This document shows positions 37,060 to 45,899 of a stretch of DNA of 64,000 nucleotides, piece by piece; position 1 is the first letter of the stretch; the number at the start of each line of letters is the position of its first letter. This DNA comes from Candidatus Endomicrobium macrotermitis. GTDB taxonomy: Bacteria > Elusimicrobiota > Endomicrobiia > Endomicrobiales > Endomicrobiaceae. The notes beneath the pieces are model-generated. The model was not told the DNA's origin and did no database searches. It was given only the letters and a program-made list of their open reading frames with translations. The stretch lies in assembly GCA_031271405.1 (NCBI GenBank), contig JAISVT010000039.1, positions 36,149 to 100,148 on the forward strand. Direction: 5' to 3'. A program made the position numbers and the translations under genes.

Positions 37060-37286
37060 TGAAAAAAGAAGAAACGGGAACCGAAAGCCGTTTTTGCGGA
37101 AACTGTAAAAACGGTTCCGGCTGCAATATTTGTCAGACAAAGAAAAATATAAAAATTTGCCCGGCCTGCAAGGCCGAATATCTTGCGCAGTACGGCGAAT
37201 GTCCGTCGTGTTCGGCGGACAAAAAGGAGCGAGGTTATGTCCGCGCGTTTAATAAAAGAGGGGATTTACTCTGTCGGCGCAGTTGA
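37059..37286 (+). CDS. Small Cys-rich (4x CxxC) double-zinc-ribbon-like protein
   Basis: CGNC, CNIC, CPAC, CPSC; starts at the iscU stop; overlaps fprA by ~50 nt. Confidence 0.55.
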   Translation: MKKEETGTESRFCGNCKNGSGCNICQTKKNIKICPACKAEYLAQYGECPSCSADKKERGYVRAFNKRGDLLCRRS

Positions 37287-38430
37287 CTGGAACGAAAGGC
37301 ATTTTCACGGACACACTTACGTTACAAAAAGAGGCGTGACATATAATTCTTACCTGATTATCGACGATAAAATCACTTTGATAGACACCGTCCGCAAAGG
37401 TTTTGAAAAAGAGTTCATAGACAATATCAAAAGCGTAGTCGACCCGTCAAAAATAGACGCCGTGATAATAAACCATATAGAACCGGATCATTCCGGCGCG
37501 TTTCCGGAAATATTAAAACTTTGTCCTGACGCAAATTTTTACGGCACGGAAAAAGCAAAACAGGGTTTGTTCAAATATTACGGCGTTACGGCCAAAAACT
37601 GGACTTCGGTAAAATTCGGGCAAAATATAAATATCGGCAAAAGGACTCTTGAGTTTATAGACGTTCCCATGGTGCACTGGCCGGACAGCATGTTTACTTA
37701 TTCGGCTTACGACAAAGCGCTGTTTTCAAATGACGGTTTCGGCCAGCATTACGCGACCGACAAACTTTTTGACGACGAGGCCGATTTTGCCGTTTTGATG
37801 GAAGAATCGCAAAAGTATTACGCCAATATTTTATGGCCGTTTAACGGCCTTGTGGCGTCAAAACTTGCGGCGATACAAAAATTGAATCTCCCGCTGGAAC
37901 TCGTGCTTCCCAGCCACGGCCTTATCTGGCGCAAACACATATCCGCAATTTTTCAGAAATATCTTTACTGGTCGTCGCACTCATGCCAAAACAAAGTCGC
38001 GATAGTTTATGAAACCATGTGGCAGTCTACCGAAAAAATGGCAAGAAAAATACTTGAAGGAATAATGTCCGAAGGCGTCGAAGCCGCTTTGTTCGACGTT
38101 ACAAAAAACGACAGGACCGACATTTCTTCTTATATGCTTGACGCGAAAGGCTGGGTGTTCGGTTCGTCAACGCATGACGGCGAGATGCTTCCCGCAATAG
38201 CGGGGTTTTTGTGTTTTTTAAAAGGTTCAAAAGCAAAAGGCCGCAAGGCGTTTGCCTTCGGCTCTTACGGCTGGAGCGGCGAAGCGGCAAAAGAAATAGA
38301 AAATACGGCTTCAGGCGTGGCGTCTTTTGAGCCGCCGGTAAAAGCGGTTTTTAATCCTTCGCAAGAAGAACTGCAAAAATGTTTCGAAGCCGGCAAAGAG
38401 TTCGCTAAAAAAATAAAGAGTGCAGAGTGA
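37237..38430 (+). CDS. fprA: Flavodiiron protein (FprA; O2/NO reductase)
   Basis: NHIEPDHSG, HWPD, NDGFGQH, flavodoxin domain YETMWQSTEKMA and FGSYGWSGEA. Confidence 0.95.
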   Translation: MSARLIKEGIYSVGAVDWNERHFHGHTYVTKRGVTYNSYLIIDDKITLIDTVRKGFEKEFIDNIKSVVDPSKIDAVIINHIEPDHSGAFPEILKLCPDANFYGTEKAKQGLFKYYGVTAKNWTSVKFGQNINIGKRTLEFIDVPMVHWPDSMFTYSAYDKALFSNDGFGQHYATDKLFDDEADFAVLMEESQKYYANILWPFNGLVASKLAAIQKLNLPLELVLPSHGLIWRKHISAIFQKYLYWSSHSCQNKVAIVYETMWQSTEKMARKILEGIMSEGVEAALFDVTKNDRTDISSYMLDAKGWVFGSSTHDGEMLPAIAGFLCFLKGSKAKGRKAFAFGSYGWSGEAAKEIENTASGVASFEPPVKAVFNPSQEELQKCFEAGKEFAKKIKSAE

Positions 38431-38472
38431 AGCTGAAGTGTTTTCGCTCTTGTAGTTAAAAAGGAGGCGTAA

Positions 38473-38907
38473 ATGAAAGGATTGGTCTGCAAGTTTTGCG
38501 GCTACGTTGCTCTTGACGGAAAAACCGACGTTTGTCCGGTCTGCCATATGAAAAACGCTTTTGAAGAAAAAGAAGACGCTTATAAAACGCCTGATTTTAA
38601 AGCGGAGAAAGGCGAAAGCGAAAAGAAGCACATTCCTTTTTTTGCTCCGGTAAATGAAAGCGGATTGATACCCGGGACAAAATGCGTCAGGGTAAAGATC
38701 GGCGAAATTCTTCATCCTTCGCTTCCCGAACATTTTATTGCGAACATAACTTTTTATCTGGACAATAAATTTCTGGCACGTATGCAGCTTACGCCGGACG
38801 TCAACCCTGCGGCAGCGGTTCATTTGAAAGAAGGGTCAAAAGGAAAAGTGCAGGTTATAGAAAACTGCAACATTCACGGAAAATGGTATAACGAAACAGA
38901 AATTTAA
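38473..38907 (+). CDS. Superoxide reductase (desulfoferrodoxin family) with N-terminal rubredoxin-like CxxC..CxxC domain
   Basis: CKFC...CPVC; EKKHIP, HPSLPEHFI, CNIHG. Confidence 0.9.
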   Translation: MKGLVCKFCGYVALDGKTDVCPVCHMKNAFEEKEDAYKTPDFKAEKGESEKKHIPFFAPVNESGLIPGTKCVRVKIGEILHPSLPEHFIANITFYLDNKFLARMQLTPDVNPAAAVHLKEGSKGKVQVIENCNIHGKWYNETEI

Positions 38908-38912
38908 TAAGA

Positions 38913-38993
38913 CGGAGTGAAAAGTTAAAAGTGAAGAGTGAAGATAATTCGGTTTCAGAGGAGCTGAAACACAACAACTCAACTCTTCACTCT
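38913..38993. repeat. Intergenic element with gagtgaa heptamer arms
   Basis: cggagtgaaaagttaaaagtgaagagtgaag ... caactcttcactct; another left arm at 39601-39631. Confidence 0.65.
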
Positions 38994-39015
38994 TTTTCTA
39001 AAAAGGGAGGAAGCA

Positions 39016-39594
39016 ATGTCAAAATCGGTTAAAGGAACGCAGACGGAAAAAAATTTGATGCAGTCTTTTGCGGGCGAATCGCAGGCCAGAATGAGGTACA
39101 CCTATTTCGCTTCAAAAGCGAAAAAAGAAGGTTTTGAGCAGATTTCCGCAATTTTTACCGAAACGGCGGACAATGAAAAAGAGCATGCCGAAAGATTTTT
39201 TAAATTTTTGGAAGGCGGAACGGTTGAAGTAAAAGCCTCTTTTCCCGCGGGAATTATAGGGCCTACCACGGAAAACCTTAAAGCCGCGGCGGCAGGCGAA
39301 AATGAAGAACACACTAAGCTTTATCCGGAATTTGCCGATATTGCCGATAAAGAAGGGTTTCCGGAAATAGCCGAATGCTGGAGAAGGGTTTCGGTTGCCG
39401 AAAAACATCATGAAGCCAGATATTTGTACCTTTTAGACAATCTTGATAACGGCAGGGTTTTCAAAAAAGATATGGAAGTCAGATGGAAATGCCGCAACTG
39501 CGGATACGTTTATACGGCGAAAGAAGCCGTAGAAAAATGCCCCGCATGCCTGCACCCGAAAGCCTATATGGAAGAATTGGCAGACAACTTCTAA
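39016..39594 (+). CDS. rbr: Rubrerythrin
   Basis: AGESQARMRY, NEKEHA, GENEEH, EKHHE, C-terminal CRNC...CPAC. Confidence 0.97.
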   Translation: MSKSVKGTQTEKNLMQSFAGESQARMRYTYFASKAKKEGFEQISAIFTETADNEKEHAERFFKFLEGGTVEVKASFPAGIIGPTTENLKAAAAGENEEHTKLYPEFADIADKEGFPEIAECWRRVSVAEKHHEARYLYLLDNLDNGRVFKKDMEVRWKCRNCGYVYTAKEAVEKCPACLHPKAYMEELADNF

Positions 39595-39634
39595 AAAACA
39601 GAGTGAAGAGTTAAAAGTGAAGAGTGAAGATTTT

Positions 39635-39663
39635 GTTTTCGCGGGATTTTATCCCGCGAAAAC
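39635..39663. terminator. Hairpin / terminator after rbr
   Basis: gttttcgcgggat-ttt-atcccgcgaaaac. Confidence 0.7.
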
Positions 39664-39669
39664 GGGTAA

Positions 39670-40500
39670 AACTTTTTCTGCGGTACTAAGTTTCGCAGAA
39701 AGATAATATTTTCACTAGATATTCGGGAAGTATCTATTAATGATATTATAGAACGTATTATTATCGGCGGTTGGCCTGTTAACATCAACAAGACCGAAAC
39801 TGCCGCAAAAAGATTAAATAAATCTTATACCGATTTGCTGGCCGATGTGGATTTGTCAAAGGTTTCCAAAGTATCGCGCGATTCCGGTAAAATAAGAGCT
39901 TTGTTGAAATCTTTGGCGAGAAATATTTCGACGCCTGCAAATATACAGACTTTGACCGATGACGCAAAACAAGATTCCGATACGCTTTCGCGTATAACCG
40001 TAAACGAGTGTTTGGACGCGCTGGAACGCCTTATGATAATTGAAAATCAGCCGGCCTGGAATACTCATATACGCTCGTCTGCGGAATTACGCAAAACCCC
40101 GAAAAGACATTTTGCCGACGTTTCTTTGGCTGTAAGCGTTTTGGGTTTAGACAAGGAATCCATATTGAACGATCCCAAGTATTTAGGTTTTTTATTCGAA
40201 TCTTTGGCGGTCCATAATTTGAGAGTTTATTCGCAGGCAAATGACGCGAGTGTTTACCACTACCGCGATTCAAACAATGATGAAATAGACGCGGTTGTGC
40301 AAAACCGGGCAGGGGAATGGGCAGCTTTTGAGGTCAAACTCGGTTCAGGCGCTTTTGACGAAGCCGCTGAAAATCTGATACGTATCACAAAGAATATTTC
40401 CAAAAAATGCTCTTCGCTTAATATCATTACCGGGACAGGAAACACTTATACCCGTCCTGACGGAGTAAATGTCGTATCTTTGTCGTCTTTGGGAGTATAG
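39670..40500 (+). pseudogene. 5'-truncated AAA+ ATPase / DUF4143 gene fragment
   Basis: IGGWP, TPKRHFAD, GFLFES, YRDSNNDEIDAVV, FEVKLG; in-frame stop at 39667 and no N-terminal ATPase domain. Confidence 0.75.
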
Positions 40501-40526
40501 CTTCCGTCATGAAAGCAGTAAGTTAA

Positions 40527-43500
40527 ATGAGCAAAACATATTTGTCGCAAGCCGGGGGCGCGGGTAAGGCCCATTATCTTTTTAAACGCATTTTTGAGGA
40601 ACAGGGTGCCGGGGGTACCCCCGATACAAAATTGCGCGTTTTTGCTTTTGTCAAAGACGAAGAACTTAATTCCTTTTACGATGACGTTAAGGCATTCTTC
40701 CAGTCTTCCGGTTTTCCCGTCTTAATTTTTCCTTCCGATGACGTTCAGCAAAGGACTTTTGCGGCCGATAAAATCAAAAAATTGAACGGTTTTATTCTTT
40801 GCGCGTCCGATATTTCCATAAACGCGCCGGTTTCCGCGCCTGATGCCGACGAAGGCATAACCCTGCGTAAAAATGTGAATTTTAAGTTTGCGGATTTTAT
40901 ATCCGCTTTGGTCAAAATCGGTTATGAACGCGTTCATTTTGCCGAAGATAAATGCCAGTTTGCGGTGCGCGGAGACATTGTCGATATCTGGCCTGCCGCA
41001 AGCGATACTCCCGTAAGAGTATTGTTCGAATACGACAATATAGACGCCGTCAGAGCCTTTGATCCCGGCACGCAGCTTTCCAATAATTTCATAGACGAAA
41101 TAAAGATTTTGCCCGTAAAAGAAACGGGGCACGGTTTTACGATTAAAGACTATTTTAAATGGCGGAGCGAAGAGCGGGGAGTGAAGAGTGTAGATGAAGA
41201 CAATGGATTGCTTCTTCCGGCTAAAACATTCGAGGGCGGGCTTTCCAGCAATGACGGCCGAAAAGGGGTTATTCCCCCTGAGGGGTCTGCCGTTAACGCC
41301 GCGCTTCTTTTCTTTGACTATCCTTTGTCCAAAGAAGAAGAAAAACAATATGAAAACGGCGAAGTTATCATAAACGACCCGTTAAATCCGAAATCGCAGT
41401 CCCAGGGGTATAAAAGTTTTACGGGTTTGGCGGGCGGTTTTCAGGGAAACATCAAATATTTTGTAGAAACAGTAAAGGGGTTTGCCGAAAATAAAGTCAA
41501 GATAAAAATATACTGCGCAAACGACGGGGAAAGGGAAAGAATCGCGGATATTTTTCATGAAAGCGGGTGGGAAGGAAAACCGCCGGAATTTGTTTACGGC
41601 AATCTTTCTCAGGGGTTTTATTTAGAAAAAGAAAACCTTGCCGCAATATCAAGCCGCGAAATGCTTTATAAGAAAAAGCCGGTAAGTTTTCCCAAAATCA
41701 AGGGCGGCAGGAGATTAGAAGGAATTTGGGAAATATCGGCAGGCGATTATGTAGTGCACGAAAAATACGGGATAGGGCGTTATAAAGGATTAAAAACCAT
41801 TTCGCGCCATGACAAAACTTCCGAATATCTTTGCATAGAATACACAAAAGGCGACAAACTTTATGTTCCGCCGGAAGAAATAAAAACCGTAAAAAAATAT
41901 ATAGGCGTTGAAGGAGTGAAGCCGAAACTTTATTCTATGGACACCTTCGCGTGGGAAAGGGTCAAATCCAGAGCGCGCGAAGCTGCCGCGGAGTTTGCCA
42001 AAGAACTTTTAAAGCTCTACGCCGAAAGAAGTAAAATAAAAAGGACGCCTTTTGCCCGCGAAACTCCGTGGGAAAAAGAACTCGAAGACGCTTTCCCTTA
42101 TGACGAAACCCCCGATCAGCTTAAAGCCATAGAAGACGTAAAAAGCGATTTTTTAAAGCCTTACCCTATGGAAAGGCTTGTCTGCGGCGACGTAGGCTAC
42201 GGGAAAACCGAAGTTGCGGTGCGAGCCGCGTTTAAAGCCGTTCAGGAAAATTTTCAGGCCGCCGTTTTGGTGCCGACAACGGTTTTGGCGCAGCAGCATT
42301 TTAACACTTTTTACAACAGGCTCTCGCCTTTCCCTACAAGGGTGGAAGTTTTAAGCAGGTTTCAGTCTAAAGCAAACCAAAAAAAGCTCATAGCCGAACT
42401 TGAGCAGGGCAAAATAGATATTATTGTAGGCACGCACCGGCTTTTGCAAAAAGACGTCAAATTTAAAAATCTCGGTATTTTGATAGTTGACGAAGAGCAC
42501 CGTTTCGGCGTAAAGCAGAAAGAAAAAATCAAAACCATGAAGAAAAACATAGATATTTTAATGCTTTCGGCAACGCCTATTCCCAGAACATTGTCATCGG
42601 CTTTGTCGGGTTTTAGGGATTTGTCGGTAATAGAAACTCCTCCTTTCGGAAGGCTTCCGATAGAAACGTCCCTTTCTGCGTACGACGAAAAACTTGTTAA
42701 AAACATAATACAGGCGGAACTTGCGCGAAACGGACAGGTTTTTTACGTTTATAATAAAGTTGAAACCATCCTTACCAAAGCCGAACAAATCAAAAAACTC
42801 GTGCCGGACGCAAAGCTCGGAGTCATTCACGGCCAGATGCACGCAAAAGACATAGAAAACATAATGTGGAAATTTACGAATATGGAACTCGATATTTTAA
42901 TCGCCACTACAATAATAGAGTCCGGCCTTGATATTCCTTCGGTCAATACGATGATTATAGAAGAATCTGAAAATTTCGGCCTTTCCCAGCTTTACCAGCT
43001 TCGCGGGAGAATAGGCAGGGACAGGAAAAAGGCGTACTGCTATCTTTTTTATAAAGACAAAACTTTAAGCGGCGAAGCGGTAAAAAGGCTTGAAGCCATG
43101 AAAGAGTTCAGCGAGCTTGGCTCGGGTTTCAGGCTTGCGCTTAAAGACCTTGAAATAAGGGGCGCCGGCGGGATACTTTCCGCAAACCAGCACGGTTTTG
43201 TGCGCGATATAGGCTACGATATGTTTTCCAAACTTCTTGAAGAAGAGGGCAAAAAAATAAAAGGCGAAAGCGCAAGCAAAACTTCCGCAAAAGAAAACGG
43301 CGAAATAGATTTGAAAGTCAACGCGTTAATACCCCAAACCTATATTGAAGACGAAGACATAAGAATACTGTTTTACAGAAAGCTTTCGGACGCGCGAAAC
43401 GCCGAAACTCTGGACAAAGTCAAAGAAGAACTGACAGACCGTTTCGGAAAACTTCCGCAAGAAGTCAAAACGCTCTTTGAAATTACGGCGTTAAGGCTTA

Positions 43501-43745
43501 AAGCCCGGGAATTCGATATCGAAAGGATATCGGAAGACAACAACTATATATATGTGTATTTTTCGAATGAAGCCGATTTCTCAAGCGCCGATATACCCAT
43601 GCTTATAAAGAATTATTCAAAAGAGATTGAATTTATAAACGGAAAAGGCTACGCTTTCAAACTCAAGAAATACGAAATAAGCGTTCCCGCTTTGGAATAT
43701 ATAAAGGCGCTTCTTGCAAAGCTGGGGAATTATTTTAAAAAATGA
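40527..43745 (+). CDS. mfd: Transcription-repair coupling factor
   Basis: FAVRGDIVDIWP, GDYVVHEKYGIG, ETPDQ, CGDVGYGKTEVA, VDEEHRFGV, SATPIPRT, QLRGRIGR. Confidence 0.96.
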   Translation: MSKTYLSQAGGAGKAHYLFKRIFEEQGAGGTPDTKLRVFAFVKDEELNSFYDDVKAFFQSSGFPVLIFPSDDVQQRTFAADKIKKLNGFILCASDISINAPVSAPDADEGITLRKNVNFKFADFISALVKIGYERVHFAEDKCQFAVRGDIVDIWPAASDTPVRVLFEYDNIDAVRAFDPGTQLSNNFIDEIKILPVKETGHGFTIKDYFKWRSEERGVKSVDEDNGLLLPAKTFEGGLSSNDGRKGVIPPEGSAVNAALLFFDYPLSKEEEKQYENGEVIINDPLNPKSQSQGYKSFTGLAGGFQGNIKYFVETVKGFAENKVKIKIYCANDGERERIADIFHESGWEGKPPEFVYGNLSQGFYLEKENLAAISSREMLYKKKPVSFPKIKGGRRLEGIWEISAGDYVVHEKYGIGRYKGLKTISRHDKTSEYLCIEYTKGDKLYVPPEEIKTVKKYIGVEGVKPKLYSMDTFAWERVKSRAREAAAEFAKELLKLYAERSKIKRTPFARETPWEKELEDAFPYDETPDQLKAIEDVKSDFLKPYPMERLVCGDVGYGKTEVAVRAAFKAVQENFQAAVLVPTTVLAQQHFNTFYNRLSPFPTRVEVLSRFQSKANQKKLIAELEQGKIDIIVGTHRLLQKDVKFKNLGILIVDEEHRFGVKQKEKIKTMKKNIDILMLSATPIPRTLSSALSGFRDLSVIETPPFGRLPIETSLSAYDEKLVKNIIQAELARNGQVFYVYNKVETILTKAEQIKKLVPDAKLGVIHGQMHAKDIENIMWKFTNMELDILIATTIIESGLDIPSVNTMIIEESENFGLSQLYQLRGRIGRDRKKAYCYLFYKDKTLSGEAVKRLEAMKEFSELGSGFRLALKDLEIRGAGGILSANQHGFVRDIGYDMFSKLLEEEGKKIKGESASKTSAKENGEIDLKVNALIPQTYIEDEDIRILFYRKLSDARNAETLDKVKEELTDRFGKLPQEVKTLFEITALRLKAREFDIERISEDNNYIYVYFSNEADFSSADIPMLIKNYSKEIEFINGKGYAFKLKKYEISVPALEYIKALLAKLGNYFKK
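41159..41297 (+). repeat. Repeat-derived in-frame insertion in mfd
   Basis: cggagcgaagag...gagtgaagagtg, ggattgcttc...gcaatgac, tctgccgttaac; segments shared with the ispE insertions. Confidence 0.7.
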
Positions 43746-43831
43746 GATGTTTCGCGGCATTTCTGCATACTTTTTGAACGTCTGCAAAAAGTACGGCAGG
43801 GGCCGGTGGGCGCGCAGCGCTCCCTGTCAAA

Positions 43832-43860
43832 TTGACTAATATTTCCTAAAATAGTAACAT
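43832..43860 (+). promoter_or_regulatory. Sigma70 promoter of the foldase-pdxA-ispE block
   Basis: TTGACT-N17-TAACAT. Confidence 0.55.
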
Positions 43861-43899
43861 TTACGAATTAGCAGATTGTAATTAAAAGGAGCAGTAACG

Positions 43900-44820
43900 A
43901 TGAAGAAAATTTTATTGTTTGCGGCGTTTGCCGTGCTGGGGCTTGGAGCCTGCAAGGATGGCGGCAATCTTGTCGCAAAAGTAGGCGGAACTAAAATAAC
44001 CGAAGCGGCTCTTGAAGAAAAGCTTGCGGCAACGCCTCCGTCTTATCAAAGTTACGTAAATACTCCCGCCGGCAGAAAGCAGTTTGTAGATTCTGTCATA
44101 AGGGAAGCCATAGTGGTAGAGTCGGCGAAACAGGCCGGAGCGGAAAAGAAGAAAGAGTATTCCGAGGCTTTGAAAGAATTTAAGGCCGAACAGGAAAGGC
44201 AGTACGAAGAATATAAAAACGGGCTTTTGATAGAAACTTACATAAGAGAAGTCCATAACGGCATAGCGGCAAGCGACGAAGAAATTAACGCTTACTATGA
44301 AGCCAATAAAGAGCAGTTTGAAAAACCGGTCGCGTTTACCGTAAAACACATTTTAGTTTCCGATAAAGCCGAAGCCGAAGCCGCTTACGCAAGGCTTGAA
44401 AAAGGCGAAAATTTCGATAAAGTGGCCAAAGAAGTTTCACAGGACAAAGCTTCCGCTCAAACCGGCGGTCTTATAGGGCCGTTCAGAAAGGGCGAACTTG
44501 TTCCCGAATTCGAGCAAGCGGCTTTAAATCTTAAAAAGAACGAAATGTCGGGGCTTGTCGAAACGCTTTACGGTTATCACATAATACTTAAAGTTTCCGA
44601 TCAGGTTCTTCCGGCCATTCCCCTTGAAGACGCAAAGGCCGAAATCAGAAGAACGCTCGAAAAAGACAGATTTGAGAAATGGTTTGAAGATAAGAGAAAA
44701 AGCCTCGGCGTACAGGTAAACTACGATTTGCCCATAGTTTCAGGCGCGGTTATTCCGCAGGAAGAAAGCGAAATAATCGAAGTTGAAGAAGAAGCGGCAG
44801 CAACACCTGCGGTAAAATAA
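43900..44820 (+). CDS. PrsA/PpiC-type parvulin foldase lipoprotein
   Basis: Lipobox LGAC; KHILV, FDKVAKEVSQD, GGLIG, PEFEQAA, YGYHII. Confidence 0.88.
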   Translation: MKKILLFAAFAVLGLGACKDGGNLVAKVGGTKITEAALEEKLAATPPSYQSYVNTPAGRKQFVDSVIREAIVVESAKQAGAEKKKEYSEALKEFKAEQERQYEEYKNGLLIETYIREVHNGIAASDEEINAYYEANKEQFEKPVAFTVKHILVSDKAEAEAAYARLEKGENFDKVAKEVSQDKASAQTGGLIGPFRKGELVPEFEQAALNLKKNEMSGLVETLYGYHIILKVSDQVLPAIPLEDAKAEIRRTLEKDRFEKWFEDKRKSLGVQVNYDLPIVSGAVIPQEESEIIEVEEEAAATPAVK

Positions 44821-44838
44821 AAAATACGGGAGCGGAAA

Positions 44839-45894
44839 ATGACTAGAAGAAATCTGACGGCTGTTTTAGTATCGGTTTTTTTTGCGGCCAACGTCTTTGC
44901 GGCGTCCGAAGTCGTAGACCAGACGATTGCCGTAGTAAACGGAGAGCCTATTTTTACGTCGGAATTTAATGCCGTACTTATGCCTATGATCGAACAGTAC
45001 AAACAGACGGTTCCCGCGGCGGAACAGTCTGACGCTAAAATCAACGAACTTAAAGATAACGTTTTGAACCAGAAAGTTGACGACACTCTTTTGAAACAGG
45101 AAGTTAAAAAACAGAAAGTTAAAGTTTCGAAGAAAGAGATTCAGGAGGGAGTCGCCCAGATAAAGCAAAGGTTTGCAAACGAATCCGAATTTGCGGCCGA
45201 ACTTAAAAAAGAAAATATGTCGGTTTCCGCGTTCGAAAAGAAACTTGAAGAGCAGCTTGCCGTTATGAAGCTTGTAAGGCAAACGGTGGATTCGAAAGTT
45301 AAACCCCCGACCGAAGCGGAAGTGAAAAGTTTTTACGATCAGGTCCTGATAAAAATGAAAGGCGGAGTATCGGGGCTTTCCGCGGAAGAAGACGCGTTGG
45401 CCGCCAACCTTTCGGTTTTTCTTAAAAGAATGTCCGGCGAGCAGGTAAGAATAAGGCAGATCTTCATAAACAGCCCGAAAACCGCAACTCCCGAAGAAGC
45501 AAAAGCCGCGCAGTCGAGAGTAAGCGCTGTTAAAAAGGCGCTTCAGGGCGGTGAAGGTTTTGCAGAAGCCGCGGGCAAGTATTCCGAAGATGCTGCTTCC
45601 AAAGCCAGAAACGGAGACCTCGGCATAGTGGTCAAAGGCGATTTGCTTCCCGAAATAGACAAAAAAGTTTTTGCAATGTCGGTAGGCGATTATACGAAAG
45701 AACCGATCAAGACCGACACCGGGTACCACTTTATAAGAGTCGAAGAAAAAAGAGCGAGCAAAGATTATTCTTTTGACGAAGTGAAAAGCGACATAGGCGA
45801 GCTTTTGTATCAGAACAGCGCAAGACAGGCATACGCGAACTATATAAAAGATTTGAGAGCGAATGCCAATATAAAAGAAAATAAATCCTGGTAA
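44839..45894 (+). CDS. surA: SurA-like periplasmic chaperone/parvulin
   Basis: Signal peptide; VDQTIAVVNGEPI; IRQIFI, YSED, GDLG, TGYHFIRV; adjacent to pdxA. Confidence 0.8.
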   Translation: MTRRNLTAVLVSVFFAANVFAASEVVDQTIAVVNGEPIFTSEFNAVLMPMIEQYKQTVPAAEQSDAKINELKDNVLNQKVDDTLLKQEVKKQKVKVSKKEIQEGVAQIKQRFANESEFAAELKKENMSVSAFEKKLEEQLAVMKLVRQTVDSKVKPPTEAEVKSFYDQVLIKMKGGVSGLSAEEDALAANLSVFLKRMSGEQVRIRQIFINSPKTATPEEAKAAQSRVSAVKKALQGGEGFAEAAGKYSEDAASKARNGDLGIVVKGDLLPEIDKKVFAMSVGDYTKEPIKTDTGYHFIRVEEKRASKDYSFDEVKSDIGELLYQNSARQAYANYIKDLRANANIKENKSW

Positions 45895-45899
45895 ATAAT

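Noticed and set aside
39640-39690. Apparent Walker A remnant (PAKTGKT) ahead of the DUF4143 fragment
   Set aside because: Spacing does not fit GxxxxGKT, it is in another frame, and it overlaps the terminator hairpin.
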